A stretch of DNA of 64,000 bases, from positions 544,001-608,000 of the forward strand of contig CBDCRP010000003.1 in the NCBI GenBank assembly GCA_965221165.1, given 5' to 3'. The stretch is from a bacterium (GTDB taxonomy: Bacteria > UBA8248). The translations under genes and the position numbers were made by a program. The notes below the pieces were generated by a model that made no database searches, was not told the origin of the DNA, and was given only the letters and a program-made list of their open reading frames with translations. Of the stretch, positions 8,970-18,917 are shown in pieces (the stretch's first letter is position 1; every line of letters starts with the position of its first letter).

Positions 8970-9671
8970 TCACTTATTAACGAATATCCCTTCCAGTTCT
9001 TCGAGTGAGGAAATTTCCGCGTCTATCTCGTGTGGAACGCGCTCTTTTTTCTGAGCAAAGCGATTGACCCATACGACGCGATAGCCAAAATACGATGCTC
9101 CCGCGACGTCCCAGCCATTCGAGGAGAAAAAGCAGATTCTATCGGCCGGAACGCGAAGCCGATCGACCGCCAGTTGGTAGACCGTTGGGTGTACCTTGAA
9201 TATCCCTACGCTCTCTACGGATAAAATCTCTTCGAGATATTCCTCGATTCCGGCATTTTTCACCGCGCTGCCCAGCATTTCGGGAGAACCATTGGAGAGA
9301 ATCGCCGCCCGCACCCCATTTTCCTTGAGATTTTTGAGCACGCTTTTCACTTCAGGATATGCGCTCAATTGCTTGTAGAGCATCATCAGTTCTTCGCGAA
9401 GCCCCGGATTTCTCATTCCCAGGGTATCCAGCGCAAAATCGAGCGCATCGCCCGTCACCTGCCAAAAATCGGCATGGGAGCCCATCAGGCTTCTCAGCCA
9501 CGTGTATTCAATCTGCTTCGTGCGCCAAAGCGAGGAGAGCGCCTGCCACTGATCGCCCAAGTCAGATTGCTTTTCCACCGCGGCCGCCGTTACGTCGAAC
9601 AACGTGCCGTAGGCATCGAACAAACACAGGTCAATTTCATGATCATTGAGCAGGAGCATCTCTGCGCTCAC
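8970..9671 (-). CDS. Haloacid dehalogenase type II (HAD superfamily)
   Basis: FDAYGTLFDV, WRTKQIEY, ILSNGS, SSNGWDVAGA. Confidence 0.9.
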   Translation of the reverse strand: MSAEMLLLNDHEIDLCLFDAYGTLFDVTAAAVEKQSDLGDQWQALSSLWRTKQIEYTWLRSLMGSHADFWQVTGDALDFALDTLGMRNPGLREELMMLYKQLSAYPEVKSVLKNLKENGVRAAILSNGSPEMLGSAVKNAGIEEYLEEILSVESVGIFKVHPTVYQLAVDRLRVPADRICFFSSNGWDVAGASYFGYRVVWVNRFAQKKERVPHEIDAEISSLEELEGIFVNK

Positions 9672-9696
9672 CTCATCAGAATACGACCATATCGCT

Positions 9697-10671
9697 CTAG
9701 GGAACCAGGTTTACCTTACCCAAAAACTTTCCGCTCAGAAGAAGTTCGTGAGATTCATTCGCCTTCTCCACGGGAAGTTCCCGCCCAATATGGGGTTTGA
9801 TGGCTCCTTTTTCAAGCAAAGGGTTCAGGCGCCTCAAAATGCCCGGGACGAGAGGATTCAAATTTCCCGAAGAAAGCGCCAGAATCCTCGCATCCCGACC
9901 CATGGCCGCCGGCAAGGGGATCGTCACCTCCGGCCCTTTGCCCGTTCCCGTTCCAACGATGACGATCCGGCCATTGACGGCGTTGAGCCTTAAATCAGCA
10001 AGCAAATTATCACAACCAACGGTTTCAACGACGACCTCGACGCCTCTCCCGGAAGTCAGTTCCATCACACGTTCGGGCACGTCTTCTTCTCTGTAGTTGA
10101 TGGCCGCCTCGGCGCCGGCCGCAAGACAAAAATCCGCCTTTTCCTTCGAGCTTACCGTCGCAAACACCCGGCAGCCTATCGTGCGGGCAAGCTGGATGGC
10201 CAGATAGCCCACACCACCCGCTCCGCCTTGTACGAGCACGCAATCGCCGGGAGCCGCTTCTCCCTTCACCACCAAAGCGTTCCAGGCCGTGAGGAGGGGT
10301 ATGGGCAGTGCGGCTCCTTCCGCAACAGACATCGAATCCGGCAGCTTTCCCGTCGAGCCTGCGGGCAGCAGCCCTTTTTCGGCATATGCGCCCGTGGAAG
10401 CACGGCCCCATACCCGATCGCCCGGCGCAAACGCCTCGACGCCCTCGCCAACTGCTTCTACTTCGCCTGCGACGTCCGTGCCGCACGTATAGGGCAGAGT
10501 CATCGCTTTGGCGCGCGGATGATTTCCCGAGCGTATTGCGACTTCCAGAGGATTCACGCCCGCAGCCGCTATGCGCACCAGCATTTCGCCCGGCCCGGGC
10601 GTCGGCTCTTCCACATCTTCCGACACCATCGGATGCTCGAGCCCGAACCGCGTCACTCGTACAGCTTTTAT
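9697..10671 (-). CDS. NADPH:quinone reductase / zeta-crystallin-like MDR protein (paralog 1)
   Basis: AAGVNP, GTDVAG, GGAGGVG, AINY, GKVNL. Probable start is ATA at 10671 after AAGGAG; first GTG is at 10656. Confidence 0.88.
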   Translation of the reverse strand: MKAVRVTRFGLEHPMVSEDVEEPTPGPGEMLVRIAAAGVNPLEVAIRSGNHPRAKAMTLPYTCGTDVAGEVEAVGEGVEAFAPGDRVWGRASTGAYAEKGLLPAGSTGKLPDSMSVAEGAALPIPLLTAWNALVVKGEAAPGDCVLVQGGAGGVGYLAIQLARTIGCRVFATVSSKEKADFCLAAGAEAAINYREEDVPERVMELTSGRGVEVVVETVGCDNLLADLRLNAVNGRIVIVGTGTGKGPEVTIPLPAAMGRDARILALSSGNLNPLVPGILRRLNPLLEKGAIKPHIGRELPVEKANESHELLLSGKFLGKVNLVP

Positions 10672-10700
10672 CTCATTCTCCTTTCGCGCCCAATCTACAT

Positions 10701-11675
10701 TCAGGGGGTCAAGACGACTTTGCCCAAAAACTGACCCTCCAGAACATAATCATGCGCTTCGTTCGCATCCTCGAAACTCGACGTTTTATCGACGTTGACT
10801 CGGAACGCGCTCTCGCGCAGCAAAGGCGTGAAGCGGCGCACCAACTCCGGCATTTTCGGAAACAGGTTCACCACGGCCAATCCCAGCACCACGGCGTCTT
10901 TGGTCATGACGGCCGGAACCCGAAATTCCGCACCCGGGCCTTTCCCGGTACCCGTACCGATGACGATAATTTTTCCGTCCACGCGGATGGCGTCTAAATC
11001 CTTATCGAAATTATCGCAGGCGCAAAGCTCGACGACGACGTCGACGCCGCGTCCACCCGTGAGTTCCATGCAACGCTCGGCAAAATCTTCTTCGCGGTAA
11101 TTGATCGTCTCATCCGCGCCCATCTCCTTGCAGAATTTCGCCTTCTTATCGGAGCTCACCGTCGCGAAAACCCGGCACCCCAGGCGCTTGGCGAGTTGAA
11201 CCGCCGCCATTCCGACGCCTCCCGCACCGCCTTGAATCAGCACCGTCTCGCCCGGGCCCGCCTGCGCCTTTATGACGAGCGCGTTCCAGGCCGTATAGAA
11301 CGCCACCGTGATGCACGCCCCCTCTTCATAAGAGTAAGACTCGGACAATTCCGCCGTCGCATCCGCTACGAGCCGTACATTCTCGGCGTAGCTTCCGCCC
11401 ATGGCGCGGCCATACACACGCTGCCCGATCCGCCATCCCTCCACGCCATCTCCCAAAGCGACAATTTCTCCCGCCGCCTCGGCTCCTGGCACATAAGGCG
11501 GCGTAACCAGCTTGGCATAAGGGTGTTTAGCCGCCCTTATGGCCAAATCCACCGGGTTCACGCCTACGGCGCCTGCTTTTATCAGCACTTCTCCGGGTTG
11601 TGGCTTCGCGTCTTCCACGTCATCCACCCGCATGGGAACATCCATATTGAATTCATGTACGCGCACTGCTTTCAT
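10701..11675 (-). CDS. NADPH:quinone reductase / zeta-crystallin-like MDR protein (paralog 2)
   Basis: MKAVRVHEF, GVNPVD, PGAEAAG, GGAGGVG, GKVVL. Confidence 0.9.
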   Translation of the reverse strand: MKAVRVHEFNMDVPMRVDDVEDAKPQPGEVLIKAGAVGVNPVDLAIRAAKHPYAKLVTPPYVPGAEAAGEIVALGDGVEGWRIGQRVYGRAMGGSYAENVRLVADATAELSESYSYEEGACITVAFYTAWNALVIKAQAGPGETVLIQGGAGGVGMAAVQLAKRLGCRVFATVSSDKKAKFCKEMGADETINYREEDFAERCMELTGGRGVDVVVELCACDNFDKDLDAIRVDGKIIVIGTGTGKGPGAEFRVPAVMTKDAVVLGLAVVNLFPKMPELVRRFTPLLRESAFRVNVDKTSSFEDANEAHDYVLEGQFLGKVVLTP

Positions 11676-11768
11676 CGGAATTTTCACTCCTCGGTTTGGG
11701 GAACCAACTTAAAATATCGGGTAGCGAAAAGGGTTCGGCCCATATCTCATAGAGGCATACGGCAAAAC

Positions 11769-12623
11769 CTAATAATCCTGCGACCAGTTGTTACGGCGCT
11801 TCTCGCCCGCATCGCACGGTGGGGCCATTCTGGATATTAAACCAGGGGTTCGTTTCGTGTCCCGCACTTCATGCGCCTGAAACGGCTTTTGCGGCGCCGG
11901 CGAGCCGACAATCTCCAGGATCAGCTTTCTCCTGATGGCGCGTCCGAAAGACCTGAAATCATTTGCGACCACCAGGAAAGAACGCCTGCCCCCGATAACG
12001 CATTTTCTATAGTATAAATCCAAATTCGGCATCGGCATTCTTCCCCAGGGGCTCGGCCGGTTATTCATGATCGGAAGGCCGTTTATCGTCACCCCCGCCC
12101 GTATAGCCTTTTCCCGCGCCGTGGTCACGTAATCTCCGCTGTTGTTCGGCCCATCGCCGGAAATATCGATGACGCGACGCTCACTCGTGAATCCGTTGTC
12201 CCCGAACATCGGCAGGGCGAATTCTATCGCGCCGCTGATTGATGTGTAGGGCCCCACCCCCACGGGTTTTTCAGAGAGCAGGGAGGCGAACTCCTCGGCG
12301 CTCGCTTTATCATGAACTTGCCTCCAGCCCACTACGCTTTGCTGAAAATCGAATCCGGCCCATTCCATATAGGTAACCGCAATGCGCTTGTACCGTCCGG
12401 ATTGGATGGCTTGCAAAACAGACGGGGAGCGAAAGGCGTTCACATATCCCATCCGCTGGAGCTTTCCCTCTTCTTCATCCACACTTCCGGAAACATCGAC
12501 GGCCAGGACGAGTTCCAAATCCACGCTGACTTCAGCAGACCATGCGAAACCCGCATGCAGAGGAATCGCCAAGGTGGTCATCAGGACCACCAACCCAATT
12601 CGCATGGACGGATAGCTCAACAC
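11769..12623 (-). CDS. DUF1194 (VWA-like) exported protein
   Basis: Signal peptide; VDLELVLAVDVSGSVD, VIDISGDGPNN, TINGLPI, AIRRKLILEI. Confidence 0.88.
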   Translation of the reverse strand: MLSYPSMRIGLVVLMTTLAIPLHAGFAWSAEVSVDLELVLAVDVSGSVDEEEGKLQRMGYVNAFRSPSVLQAIQSGRYKRIAVTYMEWAGFDFQQSVVGWRQVHDKASAEEFASLLSEKPVGVGPYTSISGAIEFALPMFGDNGFTSERRVIDISGDGPNNSGDYVTTAREKAIRAGVTINGLPIMNNRPSPWGRMPMPNLDLYYRKCVIGGRRSFLVVANDFRSFGRAIRRKLILEIVGSPAPQKPFQAHEVRDTKRTPGLISRMAPPCDAGEKRRNNWSQDY

Positions 12624-12662
12624 TTCTCCCGACTTTTCGGGTTTTCGTAAATCATCGGAGAA

Positions 12663-13679
12663 TCATTTCTTTTCCAAAACACCAGACGCGGATTCTAATT
12701 CCAGGCGAATCTGTTCAATCAAAGAAGCATACATGTAGTTTTCGGTGAACAATTCCTCGGTTTCCTCCTTCACTTCCTTGTGATTGCCCAAGGCATAGTC
12801 ACAACGAGCAATCCGCCACTCCGAAAACTGCCGATACAGTTTCAAAATGTCACTTTTGGGCCGATTCAATCGCGACTTCAATTTTACGTATTCCGCCCGC
12901 GCGCGAGGATAATCATCTGTCAAAAAAAAGCTTTCCGCATATGCAATGTCGTACAAGAGATTCTTCGGATAGCGCGCACGCAGGAACTCGACATCTTTTC
13001 TCGCCTGTCGGAATTTTTCCGCCCGGTATAGCGCCCATATAAGAGCTAACCGCGCCGAGTTGGAAATCCAGCCATGTCCATCGACCGCGCGGCGCAGATA
13101 GGTTCTGCCCAATTCGCTCGTATCGCCTATGAGAAACCGGAACATTCTGACCCAGCTTTCGGTGCTTCCCCTGATATGATAAATCCCCAGCCCGTAGTAG
13201 GCGTCATGGAGTTTCGGATCCAGTTCGACCGCTTTTTCCAGGTATTTCTGCATAGAACCGGCCCGCAAGAACGCGGAGAAATAGCTGCTATTATCAAGGG
13301 CGTCAACAATCCGCATGCCTTCCGTCAGACCGGCAATGAGAAGCGCTCTTGTGTCTTTTGGGTTTTCGTTCAACAAATCCTTGGCGAGGGAGAGTGCTTT
13401 ATCGGCATTTTTCCGCCAGTTCTGACGATAGACCTTGCGTTGTATATGCCCTTTCAGGATATGAAAAACAGACGCCTTGAAAAAATACCCCTCCGGGCGC
13501 TGCGGCGATGATGTTGTAATACGAGTAAATGTATTCAGCGCGGCCGAATAATCGCCGGCGGCAACTTGCTCAAGTCCAATATCGGCCGATTTCTCATCCA
13601 GAGGCGCACCATAAGATACATTCGCCGGCGCCAGGAGAATAACGAAAAAAACAAATGCTCTCATATAATGGCGAATCAT
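12663..13679 (-). CDS. Exported tetratricopeptide-repeat protein
   Basis: GGAGGA then ATG at 13679, hydrophobic signal, TPR-like YLEKAVELDPKLHDAYYGLGIY. Confidence 0.75.
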   Translation of the reverse strand: MIRHYMRAFVFFVILLAPANVSYGAPLDEKSADIGLEQVAAGDYSAALNTFTRITTSSPQRPEGYFFKASVFHILKGHIQRKVYRQNWRKNADKALSLAKDLLNENPKDTRALLIAGLTEGMRIVDALDNSSYFSAFLRAGSMQKYLEKAVELDPKLHDAYYGLGIYHIRGSTESWVRMFRFLIGDTSELGRTYLRRAVDGHGWISNSARLALIWALYRAEKFRQARKDVEFLRARYPKNLLYDIAYAESFFLTDDYPRARAEYVKLKSRLNRPKSDILKLYRQFSEWRIARCDYALGNHKEVKEETEELFTENYMYASLIEQIRLELESASGVLEKK

Positions 13680-13818
13680 CGATCCTCCAATGGACAAGAC
13701 CCCGGCGACCGTATCCAAAATGGGGCGAGCGTCTCCATCAACCACGGTTTGCCCGCGCTCAGGATTAGGCCTATCGTAGTATCGATGATTAGGATATTTC
13801 AACCATGGCGAGTTGATA

Positions 13819-15144
13819 ATGTCGAGTATAAAGCCTCCGAAAGCGGCGATTCAGATTATCCAAACCCTACAGAACCTGGGGTACAGAGCGCTTCTTGCGG
13901 GAGGATGCGTGCGGGACGCCCTTCTGGGCAATGAACCGAAAGACTGGGATATCGCCACGGATGCAACGCCGGAAATCGTGCAGGGCTGTTTCGAGAAAAC
14001 CATCGCGGTGGGAGCGCAGTTCGGTGTGGTGCTCGTACAGGTGGGTGGCCATGAGTTTGAAGTTGCCCAATTCCGGGAAGATGGCGCCTATAACGACGGG
14101 AGACGTCCCGGTTCGGTTCTCCCCTCCGATGAAAAGGGAGATGCGAGGCGGCGCGATTTTACGATCAACGGGATGTTTTATGACGTATCGGAAGACCGGG
14201 TACTCGATTATGTCGACGGCCTGCGTGATATAGACAACAAAATCATCCGGGCCATCGGTGAGCCGAACCTGAGGTTCGGGGAAGATCATTTGCGAATGAT
14301 GCGAGCGGTGCGTTTCGCGGCGAGGTTCGGTTTCACCCTCGAGGCGGGGACTGCCTCCGCCATCGAAGCCAATGCAAGTCACATCGAGAAGATAAGCGCG
14401 GAGAGGATTCGCGAGGAACTCACGATGATGCTGATTCAAAAGAATTCCGACCGCGCTTTCTCCATGCTCGATTCTCTGGGGCTCCTGAAACACGTACTGC
14501 CCGAAATCGCCGCCATGAAGGGGGTGGCGCAACCGCCGGAATTTCACCCCGAAGGGGATGTATGGGAACATGTCCTCCGCATATTGCACATCAAGCGTTC
14601 CACTTCGCCGGTGCTCTCCTGGGGCGTATTGCTTCATGATGTCGGAAAACCCGCCACGTATACGGAAACCGACAGAATCCGCTTCAACGGACACGACAAG
14701 ATGGGTGCGGCGATGAGCCTCGACATTTGCGAGAGGCTTCGCATGTCGAGAGCGCGTGCATCGAGAATCCGGGAGTTGGTCGCCAACCACATGCGTTTCA
14801 TGCACGTGGAAAAAATGAGGGACAGCCGCTTGAAGCGATTCTTGCGCGAACCTTATTTCGAGGAATTGCTGGAACTCCACCGCATCGATTGCCTCGCCAG
14901 CCACGGGAATTTAAGGACCTATGAATTCTGCACCGAAAAACTCCGTGAGCTTCAAGAGGAATCCCTCCGCCCGCCGCGCTTGATCGATGGTCACGAACTC
15001 ATGAAAATGGGCTATCCGCCGGGTCCGAAGCTGGGAGAAATTCTCGTTGCGATCGAAGATGAGCAACTCGAAGGGCGCATTTCCACGACGGAGCAGGCCA
15101 AGAGCTTCGCAAGGCGAAACTTCCCCATTCCGAAAAATGATTGA
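13819..15144 (+). CDS. cca: CCA tRNA nucleotidyltransferase / poly(A) polymerase family protein with HD domain
   Basis: AGGCVRD..LG..PKDWDIAT, RRDFTING, EDHLRMMRAVRF, HPEGDVWEH, LLHDVGK. Confidence 0.9.
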   Translation: MSSIKPPKAAIQIIQTLQNLGYRALLAGGCVRDALLGNEPKDWDIATDATPEIVQGCFEKTIAVGAQFGVVLVQVGGHEFEVAQFREDGAYNDGRRPGSVLPSDEKGDARRRDFTINGMFYDVSEDRVLDYVDGLRDIDNKIIRAIGEPNLRFGEDHLRMMRAVRFAARFGFTLEAGTASAIEANASHIEKISAERIREELTMMLIQKNSDRAFSMLDSLGLLKHVLPEIAAMKGVAQPPEFHPEGDVWEHVLRILHIKRSTSPVLSWGVLLHDVGKPATYTETDRIRFNGHDKMGAAMSLDICERLRMSRARASRIRELVANHMRFMHVEKMRDSRLKRFLREPYFEELLELHRIDCLASHGNLRTYEFCTEKLRELQEESLRPPRLIDGHELMKMGYPPGPKLGEILVAIEDEQLEGRISTTEQAKSFARRNFPIPKND

Positions 15145-15210
15145 TTGATCCGCCCAACCATAAGCACTAGGATGCGGTGAATCGGTTTCCGACAACTCCG
15201 GGTATCCTCC

Positions 15211-15744
15211 ATGTCTGCAATATCCATCATGACGGCGCAAGAGCTTGAATTATCGCTGAAAAGAATCGCCTCCGAGATGATGGAGGCATGCGCTGCGGAT
15301 AAGAACATCGCCTTGGTCGGGGTGCTCACCCGGGGAGAACCGCTGGCCAGACGGCTCAAGCAGCATATCGAAGAACTCGAAAACATTGCCCCCCCTCTCG
15401 GCGCGCTCGACATCGGGGTTCACCGGGACGATGCGGGACACCCCACGGAAGGACGCGGTTTCGAACCCACCCTCATTGATTTCGACATGACGGATCGCCA
15501 GGTCTTTCTGGTCGACGACGTGTTTTTCACGGGCAGGACCGTGCGCGCGGCCCTGGACGCCATGATGGAGATGGGGCGGCCCAGGAAAATCTGGCTCGCC
15601 GCCCTGATCGACCGGGGACACAGGGAGCTTCCGTTCCGGCCCGACTTCATCGGCAAGAACGTGCCCACCTCCCTTCAGGAGCACATCCAGGTCCGGATGC
15701 GGGAGGTGGATGGCGAGGACGGCGTGTGGCTCCTGAAAAAATAA
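15211..15744 (+). CDS. pyrR: Bifunctional pyr operon regulator / uracil phosphoribosyltransferase PyrR
   Basis: LDIGVHRDD, LVDDVFFTGRTVRAALDA, DRGHRELPFRPDFIGKNVPTS. Confidence 0.93.
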   Translation: MSAISIMTAQELELSLKRIASEMMEACAADKNIALVGVLTRGEPLARRLKQHIEELENIAPPLGALDIGVHRDDAGHPTEGRGFEPTLIDFDMTDRQVFLVDDVFFTGRTVRAALDAMMEMGRPRKIWLAALIDRGHRELPFRPDFIGKNVPTSLQEHIQVRMREVDGEDGVWLLKK

Positions 15745-15783
15745 CCTCTCCTCAAAGGTGAAAATTCTCTATAACCACATATA

Positions 15784-15796
15784 TATCAATAAGTTA
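15784..15796 (+). promoter_or_regulatory. Putative IHF-binding site
   Basis: TATCAATAAGTTA matches the WATCAANNNNTTR consensus, within an AT-rich patch. Confidence 0.45.
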
Positions 15797-15808
15797 AATT
15801 TTCACTTA

Positions 15809-15864
15809 TTTTCAGATATTTTCCCCTTTTTTCCCCCTTTTTTCCCCCTTTTTTTCAGATATTT
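15809..15864. repeat. Phased T/C homopolymer tract (about 11-bp T6C5 units) flanked by 13-bp direct repeats
   Basis: TTTTCAGATATTT at 15809-15821 and 15852-15864, enclosing C4T6C5T6C5. Confidence 0.8.
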
Positions 15865-15898
15865 CGGATGGCCTCGACGCACCGGCTCGCGGCGCGAT

Positions 15899-16093
15899 TC
15901 ACGGACGTTGCGGGACTTGGGCGCCCCCGCATGCGGGTTCTTTTGGCGTGGGGGGTGGTGACGCGGACTCTCTCCCGCTCCTGGGCGCTGCGGCCGCCGC
16001 GCTGGATGGAACGCGGTGAACCGATGCGGCGGCCTTTGCGACGCTCCCATGCCCGGCCACTTCCTTGAAGATATCGAGCCCAACCAGATTCAT
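15899..16093 (-). pseudogene. Truncated LysR-family regulator (HTH start only)
   Basis: MNLVGLDIFKEVAGHGSVAKAAASVHRVPSS is a typical LysR N-terminus; similarity is lost after about 31 codons. Confidence 0.65.
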
Positions 16094-16370
16094 CTTGCGC
16101 GACCCCCGAAGACTCGTGACGATTGCGTCCTCCGTATTTCACTTTTCAAGAATATGAAGAAACCCTATACTCGGGACATGGAGAGCCCGGGCCCAAGTCG
16201 CGGGGAGCGCAGCGAAAACCGTCCCTTCACGGCGCGTCGCCCCGGCCGCCTGGCGCCCTGCGGCGCACCGGAAGGACGTGTCTTCGTGGCCTCGGCCCCG
16301 CTGCCGGTTCGAGGAGCGTCGACCGGAATCAGGCCCTGCATCACACACCCGGCGCCTATGAGGACTCGCG

Positions 16371-17489
16371 ATGTCATCTTCTGATCACGCTCTCGGGGAT
16401 ACCTGGCCGGACCGGAGACTGCTCGATCTGGCCGGCGTCGAGCGGCCGCTGATTCAGGCGCCCATGGCGGGCTCCAGCGGTTCCGCCATGGCGATCGCGG
16501 TCTGCGAGGCTGGAGGGCTCGGTTCGCTGCCCTGCGCGATGCTCGACGTCGCCGCCGCGCGCGCGGAGATCGGGGTCATCCAGGAACGCACGACGCGGCC
16601 GTTGAACGTCAATTTCTTCTGTCACCCGACTCCCGGGCCCGATCCCGATCGCGAAGCGGGGTGGAAGGCGCGACTGGCCGCCTACTATGTCGAACTCGGC
16701 CTGGATCCCACCGGCGCCGCCCCGGCTGCGAGTCGGACCCCGTTTGACGACGGGATGTGTGAGGTCGTCGAAGACCTCGAGCCCGAAGTCGTCAGCTTTC
16801 ACTTCGGGCTTCCGGAGAAGACGCTCCTTCGCCGCGTGAAGGCGGCCGGATGCGCGGTGCTGAGCTCCGCGACGACGGTGGAAGAAGCTCGCTGGCTCGA
16901 GGACCACGGTTGCGACGCAATAATCGCCCAGGGTTACGAGGCGGGGGGGCACCGCGGGATGTTTCTCACCGATGATCTCGCGACGCAGGTGGGCACGCTC
17001 GCGCTGGTCCCGCAGGTCGTGGACGCGGTCCGTGTGCCGGTGATTGCCGCCGGCGGCATCGCCGATGGGCGCGGTATCGCCGCGGCGCTCGTCCTGGGCG
17101 CGTCGGCCGCTCAAATCGGCACCGCCTACCTGTTCACGCCGGAGTCCCTGATTTCCGATCTGCACCGAACCGCCCTGGGCCGATCACGCGACTACCCGAC
17201 GGCGCTGACGAACGTCTTCTCCGGCCGGCCGGCGCGTGGCCTGATGAATCGAATCGTGGAAGAGGTCGGGCCCATGTCCGGCGAAGCCCCGGCGTTTCCG
17301 ACGGCCGGCGGCGCCCTCGCCCCGTTGAGGTCGAAAGCCGAGGCCGCGGGCGTTTCCGACTTCTCCCCCCTCTGGGCCGGGCAGGCCGTGGGACTGGGTC
17401 GCAGACTCGGCGCCGGCGATCTGACGCGCGAACTGGCCGCCGGCGCGCAGCGGGTACTCGGCTCGCTATCCCCGGGAAGACGGTGCTGA
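16371..17489 (+). CDS. Nitronate monooxygenase family flavoprotein
   Basis: PLIQAPMAG, VVSFHFGLP, AQGYEAGGHRG, AAGGIADGRG, FSGRPARG, LWAGQ. Confidence 0.92.
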   Translation: MSSSDHALGDTWPDRRLLDLAGVERPLIQAPMAGSSGSAMAIAVCEAGGLGSLPCAMLDVAAARAEIGVIQERTTRPLNVNFFCHPTPGPDPDREAGWKARLAAYYVELGLDPTGAAPAASRTPFDDGMCEVVEDLEPEVVSFHFGLPEKTLLRRVKAAGCAVLSSATTVEEARWLEDHGCDAIIAQGYEAGGHRGMFLTDDLATQVGTLALVPQVVDAVRVPVIAAGGIADGRGIAAALVLGASAAQIGTAYLFTPESLISDLHRTALGRSRDYPTALTNVFSGRPARGLMNRIVEEVGPMSGEAPAFPTAGGALAPLRSKAEAAGVSDFSPLWAGQAVGLGRRLGAGDLTRELAAGAQRVLGSLSPGRRC

Positions 17490-17912
17490 CCACGCTGGAC
17501 CGGCGCACGGCTCAACCTTGGCCGGCTGCAAGTGCAGGCGCGGCCGACGGCATCAAGTCGACCGGGGTTCCAGCCGCGCGAGATTTAACGAAGCGCCCAC
17601 AGCACACCTCGGAACGACTGCCAAAACCACTGGAAATGACTGCCCGGACCGATCGCGATCGCCGCCTGTGCGGTCGTAATCAGCCTCTCGGTGTGGATTG
17701 CCGGGTGGTGGCTCGCTCGGGGGCGCACATAAACGCCCCCTCGCGGAATCATCGCAATCCCTCCCTCATCAGTCGGGATTGACCCCGTTTTTCTCCCTAC
17801 CCCCGCATCCCCCACTTATTGTAAGATGCACCCTCCCGGCCAGTGGGACCGAGTGGTTTTCCGGCCCGGAACTCCATTCTCCCGTCGGCCTTGATAATGG
17901 GAGATACCGCCG

Positions 17913-18881
17913 ATGGCCCCCTCTCCCGAACTACCGGAGCGCCTTCTCGTCGCCGTGGGTGGCAACGCGACCCATCCGCCCGAAATCAGGGGCACGGCCG
18001 AAGAACAGGCCGCCATCGCCGAGGCGACGGGCCGCTCGCTCCTTCCCCTCATGAGGCTTGGCAACGAACTCATCGTCACGCACGGAAACGGCCCGGTCGT
18101 GGGAAAAATCCTGATGCGCCAGGCGATCTCGAGCGAGCAGGTGACCCCCATGACGCTCGACATCTGCGTCGCGCACAGCCAGGGGGGAATCGCCTATCTG
18201 CTCATGCAGGCGTTCGAAAACGCGCTGCGCCGGGCGGGCGACCCGCGCCACGTGGTCTGCCTCCTGACCCAGGTCGAAGTCGACCCCGGCGATCCGGCCT
18301 TCGGTGCGCCGACGAAGTTCGTGGGCTACACCTACACCGAAGATGAAGCCAGGCGATACGAACGCGAGATGGGCTGGACGATGCGAGAAGACTCCGGGCG
18401 CGGCTGGCGGCACGTGGTCGCCTCCCCGAAACCAAAGCACATCGTGGACATCTCGCTCATCCAGACCATAGCGCAAAGCGGCGCCGTGGTTATCGCAGGA
18501 GGAGGCGGGGGCATTCCCGTCGTGCGCGAGGCCGACGGCGCGCGCCGGGGGCTCGCTGCCGTCATCGACAAGGATTTGACTTCCGCGCTCATGGCGAACG
18601 TCTTGAAGATAGAGACCATGATGATCCTCACCGCCGTGCCCAGGGTGGCTATCCACTTCGGGACGCCGCAGCAGCGCGAACTGGAGCGGGTTTCGCTCTC
18701 TGAAATCAAAGAGTACCACGCCCAGGGCCACTTCCCGCCCGGCAGCATGGGCCCCAAGATAGAGGCGGCGGTTCGCTTTCTCGAAGGGGGCGGGGAGCGG
18801 GTCCATATCGCCGCTCTGGAGGACGCCGTCCCCGCCCTGCTCGGCGAGGCGGGAACCTGTATTTATAAGGATGAGGGGTGA
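17913..18881 (+). CDS. arcC: Carbamate kinase
   Basis: GGNA, THGNGPVVG, SQGGIAY, PTKFVG, RHVVASPKP, GGGGIPV, VIDKD, GSMGPKIEAA. Confidence 0.95.
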   Translation: MAPSPELPERLLVAVGGNATHPPEIRGTAEEQAAIAEATGRSLLPLMRLGNELIVTHGNGPVVGKILMRQAISSEQVTPMTLDICVAHSQGGIAYLLMQAFENALRRAGDPRHVVCLLTQVEVDPGDPAFGAPTKFVGYTYTEDEARRYEREMGWTMREDSGRGWRHVVASPKPKHIVDISLIQTIAQSGAVVIAGGGGGIPVVREADGARRGLAAVIDKDLTSALMANVLKIETMMILTAVPRVAIHFGTPQQRELERVSLSEIKEYHAQGHFPPGSMGPKIEAAVRFLEGGGERVHIAALEDAVPALLGEAGTCIYKDEG

Positions 18882-18917
18882 CCCTCAGAGAGAGTGGAAG
18901 AGAGAGGAATTGCTCTC

